Positions 1 to 14,435 are shown, counted from the stretch's first letter. The stretch: 64,000 nt of DNA from Azolla caroliniana (GCA_043228905.1 JBHGNT010000001.1:2108001-2172000); one strand, 5' to 3'. The notes: generated by a model from the sequence alone, not told the origin. Translations and numbers: made by a program.

Positions 1-67
1 TTTCCACCAGGTGGGTAGAAAAAGTAGTTCTGTTTTTTTACCAGAGATGAATAAAGTTGTCATATAC

Positions 68-2222
68 CAGATGGTGGTTTGTGTAAGCACTGATAGCTCG
101 ATCTTTGCCTTCTCTGCTGCCTCGAGAACCCTCACTAGAGCTTGCTTATCATTGCGAATGTCTATCCCTTCCTTCTCCTCGAAACTAGCAGCAAGCCAGT
201 CCACAATGCACTTCAAAAACAGCATGTTTACACACACATGAGCACTTCATCAGAAATATCACCCATAAAATATAGATCTGTTGAAATTTTGGCTCAAAAG
301 TGGAATGCCAACAACCAGCTCCAAAATCTACTGTATGATCGCAACACAGCATATACCTTATCGAAATCATCGCCTCCTAGATGCATATCTCCAGCTGTCG
401 ATAACACCTCAAATACTCCTCCTTTCACTCTCAACACTGTAAATAGATATCTTTTTCTCCATTACTGAATAGAATTTAAGAAAGAGACTCCATAACAAAG
501 TAATCCCTAAATCTCTAGTTTGATCTATTCTACTATATATGTTCTAACCCTCAACAGTATAAAGATTCTCAGTATAAAGATTCTTCCACGTAACTTGATT
601 GAGGATAGAAACAAAGCAATACCTTAATCTCTACTTTACTGTATCAATACCTGAAACATCAAAAGTTCCTCCTCCCAGATCATATACGAGAATAATTTCA
701 TCATCTTTCTTCTTTCTATGCAATCCATATGCTAATGAAGCAGCTGTGGGCTCATTGATGATTCTCAACACTTCTAAACCAGCAATCCGACCTGCATCTT
801 TTGTTGCCCTTCTTTGAGAATCTGTGAAGTATGCTGGCACTGTGATCACAGCTTTCCGAACTCTCTCATTTAGATACTTTGAAGAATCATGCACAAGCTT
901 TCTTAAAATCTATATACAAAGGAAACAAATCAATACACACGTTTCCCAAAAATATGCAAAAGTGAATTATAGTTTTCATCAAATCTACTTTAAGAAATTA
1001 TACAGAGATTCTAACAACAAATTCAAAATGATCAAGATATATGCCACGTGACAATATTATTAGCAATTATGAACTTATTCACCCAATCAAATTGCATGCC
1101 AATATAACCAGAGCCTTAAAAATTCAATGCAATGAAAGGCAATTGCTCTTCATAAAAAACCATATTCAATGGCAAGTCCTATTAGAATGGAATTATGTAC
1201 TAAAAATGCATGCATAATACTATTATCAGATCGTGACGGAGAGTCAATACAATGGACGAGTCGTGTGAGTAAGTGGACAAATTCATCTGGAAATCAAAGC
1301 ACTAAACTATGTCGAATTGAACATCAAATGCCAGTATTATAACATGAAAACATGATGGACTTGATTGTAAACTCGAATGAAATGATAATAGTTTATTGAT
1401 CAAGATTCTCTTTCATGAAATAATAGACCATTTCAATGCCAGAAATTATAGGATCGCACAAAGTCGAATGCCAAACGTTATTATTGATCAAACAAACCAT
1501 AATGGACTACTAATAACCTGGGCAGAGATCTCCTCTGGAGAGAGTAACTTGCTAAGTGCTGGGACTGAAAACCTGACATTCCCCTTCTCATCAGGAACTA
1601 CATTGAAAGGCACCCTCGATATCTCATCCTGAACCTCGTCCATTGTCCGGCCAATGAATCGCTTGATACCGAAAAATGTGTTCTCTGGATTAATGGCTGC
1701 TTGCCTCTTAGCAACAAGCCCTAATAACAGGTGGTGATTAAACTCAAACTCACCATCACCATCATGATCATCCTTCTTTTTCTTTTCTTCACCAATACTA
1801 GTGGTGGTGCCATCATCATGCTGCTTTTTTCCAACACTACCATCATCATGATGCAATATTTTCTTGTATGCAACGACAGAAGGGGTCATTCTCTGCCCTT
1901 CCACATTCGGAATGACAACTGGGCGACCACCCTCAAGGGCAGCAATGAGCGAGAAAGTGGTGCCCAAATCGATGCCAACCACTTTCTCGCCATCACCCAG
2001 CGAGGCTCCAACACTCGGCGGCAATGATGAGAATGATCGAAAATGCCTGTGGAGAGATAGATTAGCATTCTTATTGCCACTCCATGATCTCTTCCCCTGG
2101 ATTATATATTTCATCCATGTCCTCTTGTTATTAATACTAGTTTTTGTGCTACCCATGAGGGAAAGGGTACCACAGCTACTCCTAGGGCACCCATGAGCAA
2201 AAAGATTGCAGAAGGCTTGCAT
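68..2222 (-). CDS. HSP70: Plastid (stromal)-type HSP70/DnaK, 5' part; exons 2222-1518, 909-651, 436-357, 210-68; continues beyond the window
   Basis: Motifs [86 protein letters not shown] and [14 protein letters not shown] splice sites give consistent phases. An ~80-aa Ser/Arg/Lys-rich N-terminal extension looks like a transit peptide. Confidence 0.93.
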
Positions 2223-3699
2223 CGATCTCTCTTCTTTCGTTCTTTCTTGTTCTTTGCACCCATTGTCAGACAGACAGACAGGCAGAGGAGGCAATATACT
2301 TCGACTCTAGAGCATATTTAGAAAGTTCATGGTATCGTTGACAAGTGTCTCTCTCAATTGAAAAATAAATAAATGTAGCTCTTGCAAATGCGAGAGTTTC
2401 CGAACAGAAATACAGTTCTCCATCAAAAAAGCCAAGACTTCTGAGATGATCAAAACACGTTTTCAAATTTCAATCGATCGAGAATCTGAGACTTTTGTTG
2501 GGACAAATATATATATGGTTGGCATCCTTCCTGAGGGCTTTGTAACCTCATCACTATGTGTCTCGTCTTGCACCCCTCCCATGCGAGGTGTGAACACAAT
2601 TGTAGAAAACCATGATACACTGCGGTTATTCTCCCCTACGTACTCCAAGCACCATTCTTTCTAGCGCAATGTTCGTGCACGAAAACATTTTGTGTGTGGG
2701 ATTGTACTAATCGTTCAGATGATCCTTTTTGACACTTATGGTTTAAACCAAGAACCATTTGTTGGAAGCCATTCGAGGACAACGGCAAGGTAATGATGGA
2801 GTAACCCAACCCTAATAGGGTATACCAAATCACATATCTAAGGAGATCCACCCACAAGGAAAGGGATGCCAAAGATGAACCTAGCCAAATTGTTGGTATT
2901 CCCATAAACTCATTAAGCCAAACCATATGAAAAAAATGGAACTAGCCAAAATGTTGGTAATACCCATAAACTCATTGAGCCAAGCAAAGTAAAGTTTAGA
3001 CCAAGGGGATTACTCACCCTACCTACCCAAGAATCACAAATTTGCTATTATTGAGAATAGCCCAAAGACGTGTGCTCTTATTATATTGATGTGGATGATT
3101 ATAATTTCCAAATGTAGATTGTGAAGCGAATTCTCCAGGGTTAATTGCATCCTTTACAATTGTGATATACAATTTCATGCTTGCTACTTTTGGGCATCAC
3201 TATTTCATTTGCACACTTATAATAAAAATAATATTAAGTTTGTACACATAAGATAACAGCTTATTTAGTTTCAATGCCTTAAATACTACAGGTAATTTGA
3301 ATTCCCTTTCCCTTTTAATATGTATAGAAACCGTTGTCTCACATGTTGGGTTTTGTTTTAGGATTATGCACACATGTGAGGTCTATTGTTGAGCTGTTTG
3401 ATCATTCCTTCCATAATACATTACAACTTTTCAAATTCAAATTCTTATTTCTTAAAGTATGTTTTAACCTTGATAGGATATAGTCTCATTGTTTAACACA
3501 TTTAAAGGTAAGGGTGTACAAATACGTCAGTTTGCTTCTATGAAAGCAAGAAACAAGGTATCTCGCTGCATGCAAACATAAAAAGGAAGTTCACATGATG
3601 TTTCTTTAAAAGCTCTACACAAGCTCTAGAATCGGTGTTTACGCAAGATGGCCCCAACAGCTTCTTCCATATAAGATTTTGATGGCAAGTTGAGAGGTT

Positions 3700-6600
3700 G
3701 ACAACTACTTTATGGTTCTTTTGAGGCTACTTTCATACATCCTATGTATGACTTCTTCATATCCTGCAGGCATTCATATCATTGCATACATTACAAGGAG
3801 TGCTATTTACAGTACTTAGTCATTACCAAGGAATGACAATATTGTGTATTACCAAAGAGGATGCTTGGTCATCCAAAAAATGATGAAATATTGCAATTTG
3901 ACACTCAAATTCCGTATTCTAGTCTAAACTTCTAAATTTGACACAACCAAATTTATTTCTTTCTAATCTATATGGCTTGCAGTAACAACTGCTGTTCCAT
4001 TGAAAAAAAAATCCTAAAACAAAGCTATAGATAATTGGGTCAAATGATAATATATTTTCATGAGTAAACCAAATTACAACATGATAAGGTTCTAGGATTT
4101 AATTTAATTTAAGTGAATGGATTGATAATAAAATGTATCTTATTATTTGGGATTACATTGGGTTTTTGACCAAAAAAAAAACTTCCTAATATCCTATGAT
4201 ACACATTTGCGTGCTATTGATAATTTCGGATTACAGTTGGGTTCAGTCCTGAGTAAAAACTTTGAGCCTTTGTAGAAAGCCTGGAGTCAACCAGAAAACT
4301 AAATACTCATGAAATAGTTAACAGAATGAAAATTACCATCCGCAACCAATGTTAAGATCAAGTGGATGCAAGCAGATCGAGGAGTTTCATTTGTCGACGT
4401 GCGATTTGCTTCATGTCAAGATCAAGATTCAGAGGCTGATGATTTGATGAATACATTTGTCCCCTTGAAGTCTGGTGTGTGGAATTCACATCTTCAAAAG
4501 TTCTGTCAATATCCTAATAAAGAATTGTACATAAAGGGTATGAAACCCTACATAATTATGATTCCACAAAAAGATCACACACATTATAACAAAGGTGAAA
4601 AAAAGGGCAACTTATGGACACCTTCAAACAGACATATTATAAAATAACCTGGCAACACTATGTACAGACATTAAAGTATAGTAGAATACTTCCATGAATT
4701 TTTTTCGAGTATTAGGTTATTACCTGTGGAATCGTTTGTGATTTTGCTCTCAATTCTACTGCATGTGACTTCAATGTGTTGTAATCAGATGTTTGCATTG
4801 CAAGGACACTGTAGCTTTGCTTTAGGCGCTAAAACCACAAGCACTTCCTGCATGTCAGAATTTTTTATATGGCAATGAAAATGAGACTTGTCTACCTAGT
4901 CTTTACGAACCTTTTTGAGACTCTGATTTTGTTTTAAGATTTTTGAAATCCTATCTTCAATAAATGAATTCTTTTCATAGAGTATTCTCTCTCTATCCAT
5001 CTCCCAACTTGCCTACATCAAAGTAAAACACGGAGTTAATTTTAAATTCATCTGTTTGTCAGTTTGATACAAAAAATTGATCATCTCTTTGGGTGATAAT
5101 ATCAGCAATCTTCTAGATGCATCCTTTTATTAGTTTTCTTCTAGATGCATCCGTTTATTGGCTTTCTTTTAGATGCAGTGAATACTTTGGGCTTTCTTTC
5201 TCCATAGGGAATCTGAGAATAAGATTCTAGAAAATACCGCTTACATCATCACATGTTTGTTTGCTTAGATGAATTCCATCAGACCTAGCAAGGTTTTCTA
5301 ATGCAAAGGCAGAGCAATACAGTTTATAGAAGAAAATTCATAAAAGGATGCATCTAGAAGATTGCTGGTAATATCAGCAATTTCTAGATGCATCCTATCA
5401 TTAGTTTAGTTTTCTTCTGGATGCATCCTTTTATTAGCTTTATTTTAGATGAAATAAATACTTTGGGCGTTCTTTCTCCACAGGGAATCTGGAATATGGC
5501 TAAGATTCTAGAAAATACCACTTACATCATCACATGTTTGTTTGCTTAGATTAATTCCATCAGACCTAGCAAGGTTTTCTAATGCAAAAGCAGAGCATTG
5601 CAGTTTATAGAAGAAAACTAATAAAAGGATGCATCTAGAAGATTGCTGGTAATATCAGCAATTTCTAGATGCATCCTATCATTAGTTTAGTTTTCTTCTG
5701 GATGCATCCTTTTATTAGCTTTCTTTTAGATGAAATAAATACTTTGGGTTTTCTTTCTCCACAGGGAATCTAGGAATATGACTGAGACTCTAGAAAATAC
5801 CGCTTTGTTTGCTTAGATTAATTCCATCAGACCTAGCAAGGTTTTCTAATGCAAAAGCAGAGCATTGCAGTTTATAGAAGAAAACTAATAAAAGGATGCA
5901 TCTAGAAGATTGCTGGTAATATCAGCAATTTCTAGATGCATCCTATCATTAGTTTAGTTTTCTTCTGGATGCATCCTTTTATTAGCTTTCTTTTAGATGA
6001 AATAAATACTTTGGGTTTTCTTTCTCCACAGGGAATCTGGGAATATGACTGAGACTCTAGAAAATATCGCTTATATCATCACATGTTTGTTTGCTTAGAT
6101 TAATTCCATCAGACCTAGCAAGGTTTTCTAATGCAAAAGCAGAGCAATACAGTTTATAGGACAAATGTAGAAGAAGCCCATAGCTGATCAAGGGGATCAA
6201 CTTGATATAGATAATGATATAGAATAGTCGTGAACAAGAAAATACAAGGTTCAACAGATGATGCAGCATATAATCATAATAAGTGAATGTTTATTCCAAA
6301 AATGGAAATTCTTAAAGATGTTTGACTGTCACATTGATTATGTAAACATGATGAAACCTGATAATCTTTCAGTTGTTGCTGATAAAGATTTTCATCATCT
6401 TTGCGAAGTTCAATGACTGCTGTGATGTTATCGTGAGCAGCAGCTAAGCTCTCTTGTAACTGCTCATTGGCATGCCTGTACAACAATGAGTTAGGCTGGT
6501 TCTCCAAAGCAAGTATATTCTGTATTCAAGAAAAAGGTACTATATTGAAGAAAAAAAGTCACCAAAGCTCTGTCAGTCTACTGATATGTCATTAAGGCTC

Positions 6601-9600
6601 TATTCTACTCAGCGAGCAGAGCTTCATATCAACTAATACTCAATTGATAACAAAGCCCTGATTCATAATGAGTACCAATACCAGAATCATGTTTCAAGAC
6701 ATAACGGTTATCTCCAAATTCCAAACTAAAACTCAGTTGAGAGTTCTGTAGTACATGCTGATTCTCACAATATGAATACTTAGCAAGAAGAAATATCACT
6801 TTCATGCTGCAATTGAAAATGAAGAGAACACAGAAGTGGAGAACTTCAACGTTGAATACTCTGATTTGATGAATCATTCATAATCACAATTGTGTATAAC
6901 TGGTCAACACAAAGTTATTCTAAATCACACTTTTCACCATCCAATTGTCTTACATGTAGCTCAAAGAATTTTGCTGGTGCTGATAAGCATCATTCAGTGC
7001 ATCTTGAAGTTGTGCACGTAATCCACCAGATTCTGCTCGCAGCTCAACAATCTCCTTTTGTAACTGGATTATAGATTCTTTTGCAGATTTCCACTCTTTT
7101 TTTGCATTAGCCAGACCTTCCTCCAAACATTTATTGTCCTAAAGTAACGTTACATTTATCAGGTTCTAAATTAGTTTCATATGCTCAAAAAGTGATTTAC
7201 CCTGGAATGTTGTCTCACATTGCAAGTGAGCTCACAACCATTTATTATGACTTAGAAATAATGCACAAATACGCTTATAACAATTTATATTCCTGGTTTA
7301 CAAGAAGTTACAAATTCTACATATCGATTATCACAATACAACTACCTAAGAATAAACAAAAGAAAACCCAAAAATGAACAGAACTAAAGAGAGCCCAAAA
7401 ACGAAACGAAATCAAGGGAGTACAAAATGAGAAATTTGAATTACAACAAAACAGAGCAAATGGCATGAACATGGCATTCATTTGTAGAATCTGTAATCAA
7501 TGATTGTGAGTTTGAACCAGTGAAAAAAACTACCACAGTCGTCCTCCCAGTGGCATGCCATCAATACGAGCCCTCACTTGGCCATCAAGTATCTGATGGT
7601 TTAAGTTCTAGGATCCAATTTGGCAGCATCAACGCTTTCTCAAGTGGCTCACTTCTTTAGTTTGCACCTTGGAGATGAGATTCTTACATGATTTTTAGTA
7701 TATGCAACATTTTTTCTTGCCTGAAGCTCGTCTTGTAATATTACAGTTGTGTGGCATATGATGAAGGTCATTATCGTAGGCTTCCAGCCTTTCTAGCTTA
7801 TCCTCTTTCTCTGTCATATCATTGTTGTCATATGTCCAGTGCCCTCATTCCCATTGCTAAGGCCACTCTTAGCTTCCAGGCTTTGCAGGCCTTTCTCTGT
7901 TTGTATTCAGCCCACTGAGGAGATTCATCACTACAAAGTCTTTGTATCATTTGTTCATGTGCTTTCTTTTCATTTTCAACTCAAGGAAAGTGGCTTCCCA
8001 CTTGCAACATTTAGCTGCAATTCACCATCGCATTACCCTGGGCATTTAGGCATTAACTACATTCAGGGCTGTTACACCTCATTATTCTTCTACTACAGGT
8101 CATATACGCATCTCACATTCCATTTCTATTTGTTTCATTAGCACATAAGCAAACACCTCTGTACATTTGATTTGTCTCATCGGCCGATATACTTTAAGTC
8201 TCTTTCGTCATTCTTTCTTTCTCTTTCTTACCCAACAACCAACATAATAGTGTTAATTTCGGAATCTTCTGACCCAGAAATAAAGAGAAGAACTTGATAA
8301 CATTCATTACAAATTAATAGAAAGAAAATGAAATTAATAATGTAATTTGAAATCTTCTGACCCAGAAACAAAGAGACTAACTTAATAACATTCATTAAAA
8401 TTGATTTTGTATCTCAAGGAGTAGTTGTTGCAGATATCATAGACTGGTTTAATATTAAGAAAAGTGACTGGTGTAACACAGCAACCAAAGAAACAGAATC
8501 TTCTATATCCTGCTACAATAAATGGTTGGTACCTTCTGCACAAGTCCAATGCTTTCCGCATGCCTCAATTCAGCATCTTCAGCCGCTTGTTCCATTCCAG
8601 CAAGCATCGCATGCAGATCTGTGACTTGATTTTCCAAAGCTCTGCATGTTTCTTTGTAGTTCAGTCTTTCTCTGAAAATGCAAAAATTACCATGTTTGAT
8701 AACTTGAGAATCAGATTCTTTAGTCTCTTTTTAGCTTATTTACTTTTATATTTACTTAGTAATATTTATTTTATTTTGATTTGTTGTTCTCAAAGACGAG
8801 ACAACACTTCATGCTTGTAAACTGTCTCAAAAATCATTCCACCACATGCATTAAGATAATGATCATGGAGCAGAACTTTTATTTTTGTTTTAGTATGGAT
8901 GACATGAATTCACACATATTTGTAATCAACATTCATCTAATCTCATAGCCTGATTTTGGCCTCTAATAGACGTTGGTTATCTCTCTCCCTCTAAGTATAT
9001 GTAATATAGTTGTGGCATCTTTTGTTAGCAAATTGACAGCAATCTGTGAGTCCCACAAGATATTTTCTAACAGAGCTTCCTCAGACCACCAATGTTAATA
9101 GATGCTCTGTTTCTAGCAATGTCTTTTATACAGGCTACAGAAATGAGCACAAACAGGCTATATCCCCATAAGATCCGTGGTCTTAAGAGACCATCAATGA
9201 TGCACTATAGTCTTGAGTATCAATATGTTTTAGTACTCAATGGCTCTTAGTTCATGGTCATGATATAGATACCCCATAACATTCAAATAATAGAGTTGTG
9301 GGCCAAGTCTTCAACTGTCTGCATAGACAACATTTCTCCTCAGAAGTAAATATAATAGTTAAGATGATGGTTAATTATGATTCATGAAGAGTGCATATAT
9401 GGATACATTTAATATCACATATTGAGACTGGTGTCTGAGAATCTGAGAACCCCTCAAAAGTACAAGATTTTCATTTCCTAACAAGTATGTATATGCCAGC
9501 AGTCCTAATGTTTTTTAAGGTCATTTCTAAAAGCTTAAACATTAATCAGAACATTATAAAATTAAATGTTTCTGTTTATATTCGAACTTTCATATGCATT

Positions 9601-12600
9601 TTATTTCCCCAAGTTGAGCGCTGCTTGGTTGGAATAATTAAACCTAGATCTATTTGAGTTTTCTTTGGTGATCAACTAAACATTCTTTCTGAACATGTTC
9701 TTTTTCACACAAGGCACAGCTCAAAGATGCAATGAACAACAATAATACAACTTTCCAGTTAAATTACCTCTCAATATCATCTATTGCCTTCATCAATTCA
9801 TGTCTTTCATTACCCCAATTCTTGTATTCAGATTCTCTTTCCTGCTCCAATCTTTGAACATTCTCCCTTGATAATACTTGAGATTAAGTTATTTTTGTGA
9901 ATTTGCCATTACACTGCCTACCTTACTTTAGTATTAAAATCTAGAGAATGGTTTGTTTTTTCCTTACTCCAGCTGTCGTTTCACTTTTTCAAGTTCTACA
10001 ATCCTTGTATCTTTTTCATGGGTTACTTTTAAAAGTTGGTCATGTGCAGACTCAGCCACAACACAAGCTGTTTCAAGTTCAATTTCCAGATATTTGCACT
10101 GCCAAAAAAATGATAGACTATACAACATATAACTTCTAATGAATAATCATGGAATCAGATTCAGAAACACTTAATTTGGTTCTGTTTAGACAACTTCACA
10201 AAACGGCATACACATGTAATGGAGTGCATCTTATGTTTGAAGTATCATGATCACAGAATATAAACATAAATTGTAATAACATATTAATGGAGCGCCTAAG
10301 ATGTTTCAATTTTAAAGTTTCAGAGCAGACTCATCGTTTCATCTTCTTCACCAAGTTCCGCATTCCAGAGTATACAACTTCACATTCTCATAGAGACATC
10401 TTAAGCCCATATAGCCATTGGCAGAATGCATCATGTTTATCAAAGCAAAGACACCGCACATGCCAACATCGGCAAATATAGGTAAGCCATTATGAAATAC
10501 ACAATATATCCAGCGATCAACCAGAAAACATGAATTTTATGTTAACAGATAGTTACTCCCTCCCTTTACCAGGGCTGGAGCTAAAATGTGCTCGCATGAT
10601 ATCTCATATAACGAATCAAAGTGATACCTGTAAGTATACTGCAGTCTAAACAAAAATAATCTAAAGTTCTTCTTAAATCCTGAAAAGGGGCTTCATCCTT
10701 TTCATTTCCACTCTATATACAATGTGAGTCTTTCATAATCCAAATATAAAATGTGAGTTTATTGGGGACTTAAAGCTAGAGGGAAATTGCAGTTTTGGTT
10801 CATACCTTCTCTATGAAAATTAAATTTTGCTAACAAATAATAGAATATATTGAAGCATCCACTTATGTGAGCCATTTATCCACACAATCAAATGCAAAGG
10901 CTCTGAGAGCAGTGGCAGTGCTAAGTTCTAACCTTATGTGCAAGATCGCCAACTCTCTGTATGTGTTCCTCCTCCTTCACTGAAAGGAGTTTGACACATT
11001 CTAGCTCAATTGACTCTTTTTCCTTAATAGCTTGGTCTCTCTCAAAGCTGCAGTACCAGACAAGTTTAAATACTATAAATTGTCATAGTTTTCAATTGTA
11101 ATGTAAAGAGTTGTGCAATAGAATGTGCTAGAAATTCATTTAAGGAAACCTACCAAATAGCCTCCATCTCTTTTGCAAGAAAATCATGTCCTTTATCCAA
11201 AAGCCTGGCTGAACTCTCCTCTACTTTCCAAGGGTATATAATTCCAGGGATTACATGAATGTAAAGTTGGATTTATTGCATTAAATAAACAAAAAAAAAA
11301 TACAAATATCTACGGGTGATTATTAGAGGGAATGAAGGATTTTCACTAGCACAAAATAAGATAATCTTGAACTAGAGATAGTTTCAACAAGAAAAACGTA
11401 CTAAATAATAGGCTTCAATAATAGCAATTTATCAAAAAAATAAAAGGTGATAAATTTGAAGAGAAAAAAAAACAGAGAAAAGGAAAACAGAAAGTCGCCA
11501 AATTCCATCCCATTTATATAGAGGTTTTTCTTTCCTAAAATTCTGTCCCACAATGCAGGGCTGCCCTCTGATGATAACCATAATGTGGTGGTCCAATATG
11601 GAAAGATCCTCAATGTCATTTGATGACAGTTTTGCTTTTACAAAGATGTGCATATTCGGACCAAGTCCAGACATGCATTTGTGTCATCCACAACAAAGCG
11701 CAATTAGCCAATATGTTGTCATCTCTGGGATGGTTGCTTCCATGTTACTAAGAGTGTCCCTAGTAGTATCCATGCAGCAGAAGTCCGTAGGACTACTCTG
11801 CATAGATGGATCTCTAAGTATTTTCCTCTCCTTAAAGAAGCATCCTTCATCTCCTTATCTCCAGACGGAGGAGCAATGAGCATATTTGATCAGTGTACTC
11901 GTCATTCTGGTGCGAGATCCACATCCATCTCGAATTATTCCTTTGCATAACCTGACATGAAAACCATCGAGGAAGAATGGTGCATAAAGATACAAGCAGC
12001 AATCAAGTTACTCTGAATGCACTAGCAGAAGCATCCGCTTTAATTTGTCGTTTGGATACAAATCTGTCCTTCCTTATTCTCTTGATATATTGTATGCATT
12101 ACATTCTATGTTATGTTCTTCAAATTTCATGGTCATTCATTACTACCACTTCATGGTAATATGTGAAAGGCTCATTTATGGTCATCAGAATTACAGCATC
12201 ATCAGCTCATTTATGGTCATCAGAACCTCATACATGGGTATGAATCATCTTCCCTAGGAATCTCGAAGCCAAGCAATTTATGTTTGTGCATAGAGATCCT
12301 TACTAGATGCCCTTTTTAGATGTTCATACTCTAAGAAGACACTCCATTCATCTCAGTTCAATGTCAAAACATGGTATCCTACAATGGTGGTACATTTTTC
12401 CAGGAAGACAATAAATGTTAGTAGAAACTACACCAATTTAATGTAAAAATTTATATATAAGGCAAGAATCTTTCTGTAAGAGAATACTGTGAAACAATAT
12501 GTCAATGAAAGAACAGAAGTGAACAACCTGAATACTTTCCAAATCCATTTTCATCCACGAAACTTCTTCCACGTGACTGAGCCTATTTCAAGAAAAAATC

Positions 12601-14435
12601 AACATATACTTTTAAGTATAGTATTGGCATGCACGCTGATATCATAAGTTATAGGAAATAAAAGTTTTACCTTTTCTCCTTGAAGCCTCTTGCATGTTTC
12701 TCGTAAATGGTGATTGACTTGTGATAATTTTAGATATAGATCTTTTAGCTAAAAGAAAGAAAGAATCATGGATGTACAAAATTAAATGAAGAGACGTATG
12801 ATGCAAAATAAGGTTCTCATCAAATATTCAAACCAAAAGAACCACAAAGAAAAAATAGATATCTATAATACACAAAATTTCTTTGGCTAAGTGATCTGAG
12901 GTAGAATTTTCATAAAACTAACCAAAGAATCACAATTAAAAGGTGTATGTGATTCCAAAATATTCAGGTTTCGAATAATCATAGCAAAATACTTCAAGTG
13001 ATTCATTTATGTATTCTGAAGTGCAAAATATATTGCATACAGCGTTCAATTAGGCTTTTCTCTCATTCTGTCATACTATGCCCACAAAATGCCAAAAAAA
13101 ATATGAGGAACAAAATGCATTACACCAAATCAATACTCCATTTCGAGGATCTGCTTAGTAGGATAAAAACCACCAAAGAATATTTTATGTAACAATAATT
13201 ACTGATAAAGCTATGGCTGCCTCAAAGGATGTGTCTAGGCTTCAACCTCCAGCAAATTTCCTTTGTTAATTGGCTGAGTTCTGTTTTTATGGATGAAATT
13301 ATAGGAATTTGGAAATTATGAGAAATTGCTATAATTTTGTAGGAATGTAATATAAGCTTTTATATACTTATGTCTAGATTGTGTTCCCTTCCATATAATA
13401 GTACAACATGCATAAAAATGACTGAGGACAGCTTTTCATGGATGAAATACTAGGGGATTATGAAAAATAACACAAGCTCATAGGAATTTGATAGAAATTG
13501 TTATCTTTCGTGCCCAAAATTTTGTTTCTTTCAAAAATATGTAGTTTCAACCGGCAAATTCAAATATTCTATCAGCATTGTAGTGAATGTGTAAGGGCAC
13601 CTTTTCAAATTTATGGGAACATACAGCGAATCAATATAAATATAATAAAGAAATTTGTACATTTCACAGGTTTCTGGTTCAGCACGTTCAACTATTCAAC
13701 CACCCTTCTCATGGATGAAAAAAATAAAATGATACTAAAAAGCACAATTTTATAGCAATCTAACAGAATGTTTTTAATATCTCTATTCTTTTGCAAAATA
13801 TTTTCTAAAATCGCTTGATGATGATCTAGCATTGAACTAGATCTTACGCATGAGTAGATGAAAGGGGAAACCTTTTCACACATGACGCAGCAAGAAATTA
13901 CAAAAAAATGCCACACTTCTACAATAAAAAAACATATTTTTCGAATTTTGCTCCCTTGATGAAATATTTTCCAAACAAATCATGCATGCAATAAAGTTAA
14001 TGTAGGAAACAAAGAAAACAAAAAACTCGAAAGAAAAAGATTATGAGAAAAAAACCACAAAGTTATAGGAATCTAAAATAAGCTTCTTTAACTATTTGTG
14101 TTTGGATTTTAATACCTGATAAAAGTATTTTCAAAAAAATTCAATATGACGCTTCATCTAACCACCATTGATTGATCGGACTATCTATTTCTGAGCATCT
14201 CATACGTGAAAGGTTCCATGCATGTATCTATAAAAGAGGAACTTAAAGGAAATGAAAAGGAAAGAAGATTTCTTACGTGATCGAAGTTTCTCCGAAGCGA
14301 TGCATTACACAATTGCAATGTGTCAGCAGGAGGCTGCATATCTGCAGAAACGCTCCCAGCTTCAAGGAACTGTGCTGCTTCTTCCGTTTCCTCCCGTTTC
14401 TGTTCGGCCAGAGGAGATGAAGTACTACACTCCAT
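3700..14435 (-). CDS. Multi-exon long coiled-coil protein of unknown family, partly degenerate (possible pseudogene); 3' end approximate
   Basis: ATG at 14435 (MECSTSSPL). Exon 1 splices in phase to 12748-12671. Phase-consistent chain ~11220-11154, 11047-10933, 10098-9968, 9866-9768, 8671-8533, 7138-6954 encodes heptad-rich E/K/L/Q peptides (e.g. RALENQVTDLHAMLAGMEQAAEDAE). Further exon-like blocks lie at 6519-6358 and ~4828-4723. Blocks at ~11580-11952 and ~7534-8270 are broken by stops and frameshifts. Confidence 0.6.
5103..6160. repeat. Tandem array of ~270-280-bp fold-back (MITE-like) units, about 3.9 copies, intronic
   Basis: Units start at 5103, 5375, 5656 and 5923 and are separated by gtaatat. 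The unit start cagcaatcttctagatgcatccttttattagttttcttcta is the reverse complement of the unit end tagaagaaaactaataaaaggatgcatctagaagattgctg. Confidence 0.9.

Noticed and set aside
68-2222. Bacterial or endosymbiont dnaK contamination or recent transfer
   Set aside because: Spliceosomal introns and a transit-peptide-like leader indicate a nuclear plant gene.
5103-6160. CRISPR-like array (palindromic repeats at regular spacing)
   Set aside because: The intervening sequences are near-identical rather than unique spacers, the context is a eukaryotic intron, and there are no cas genes.
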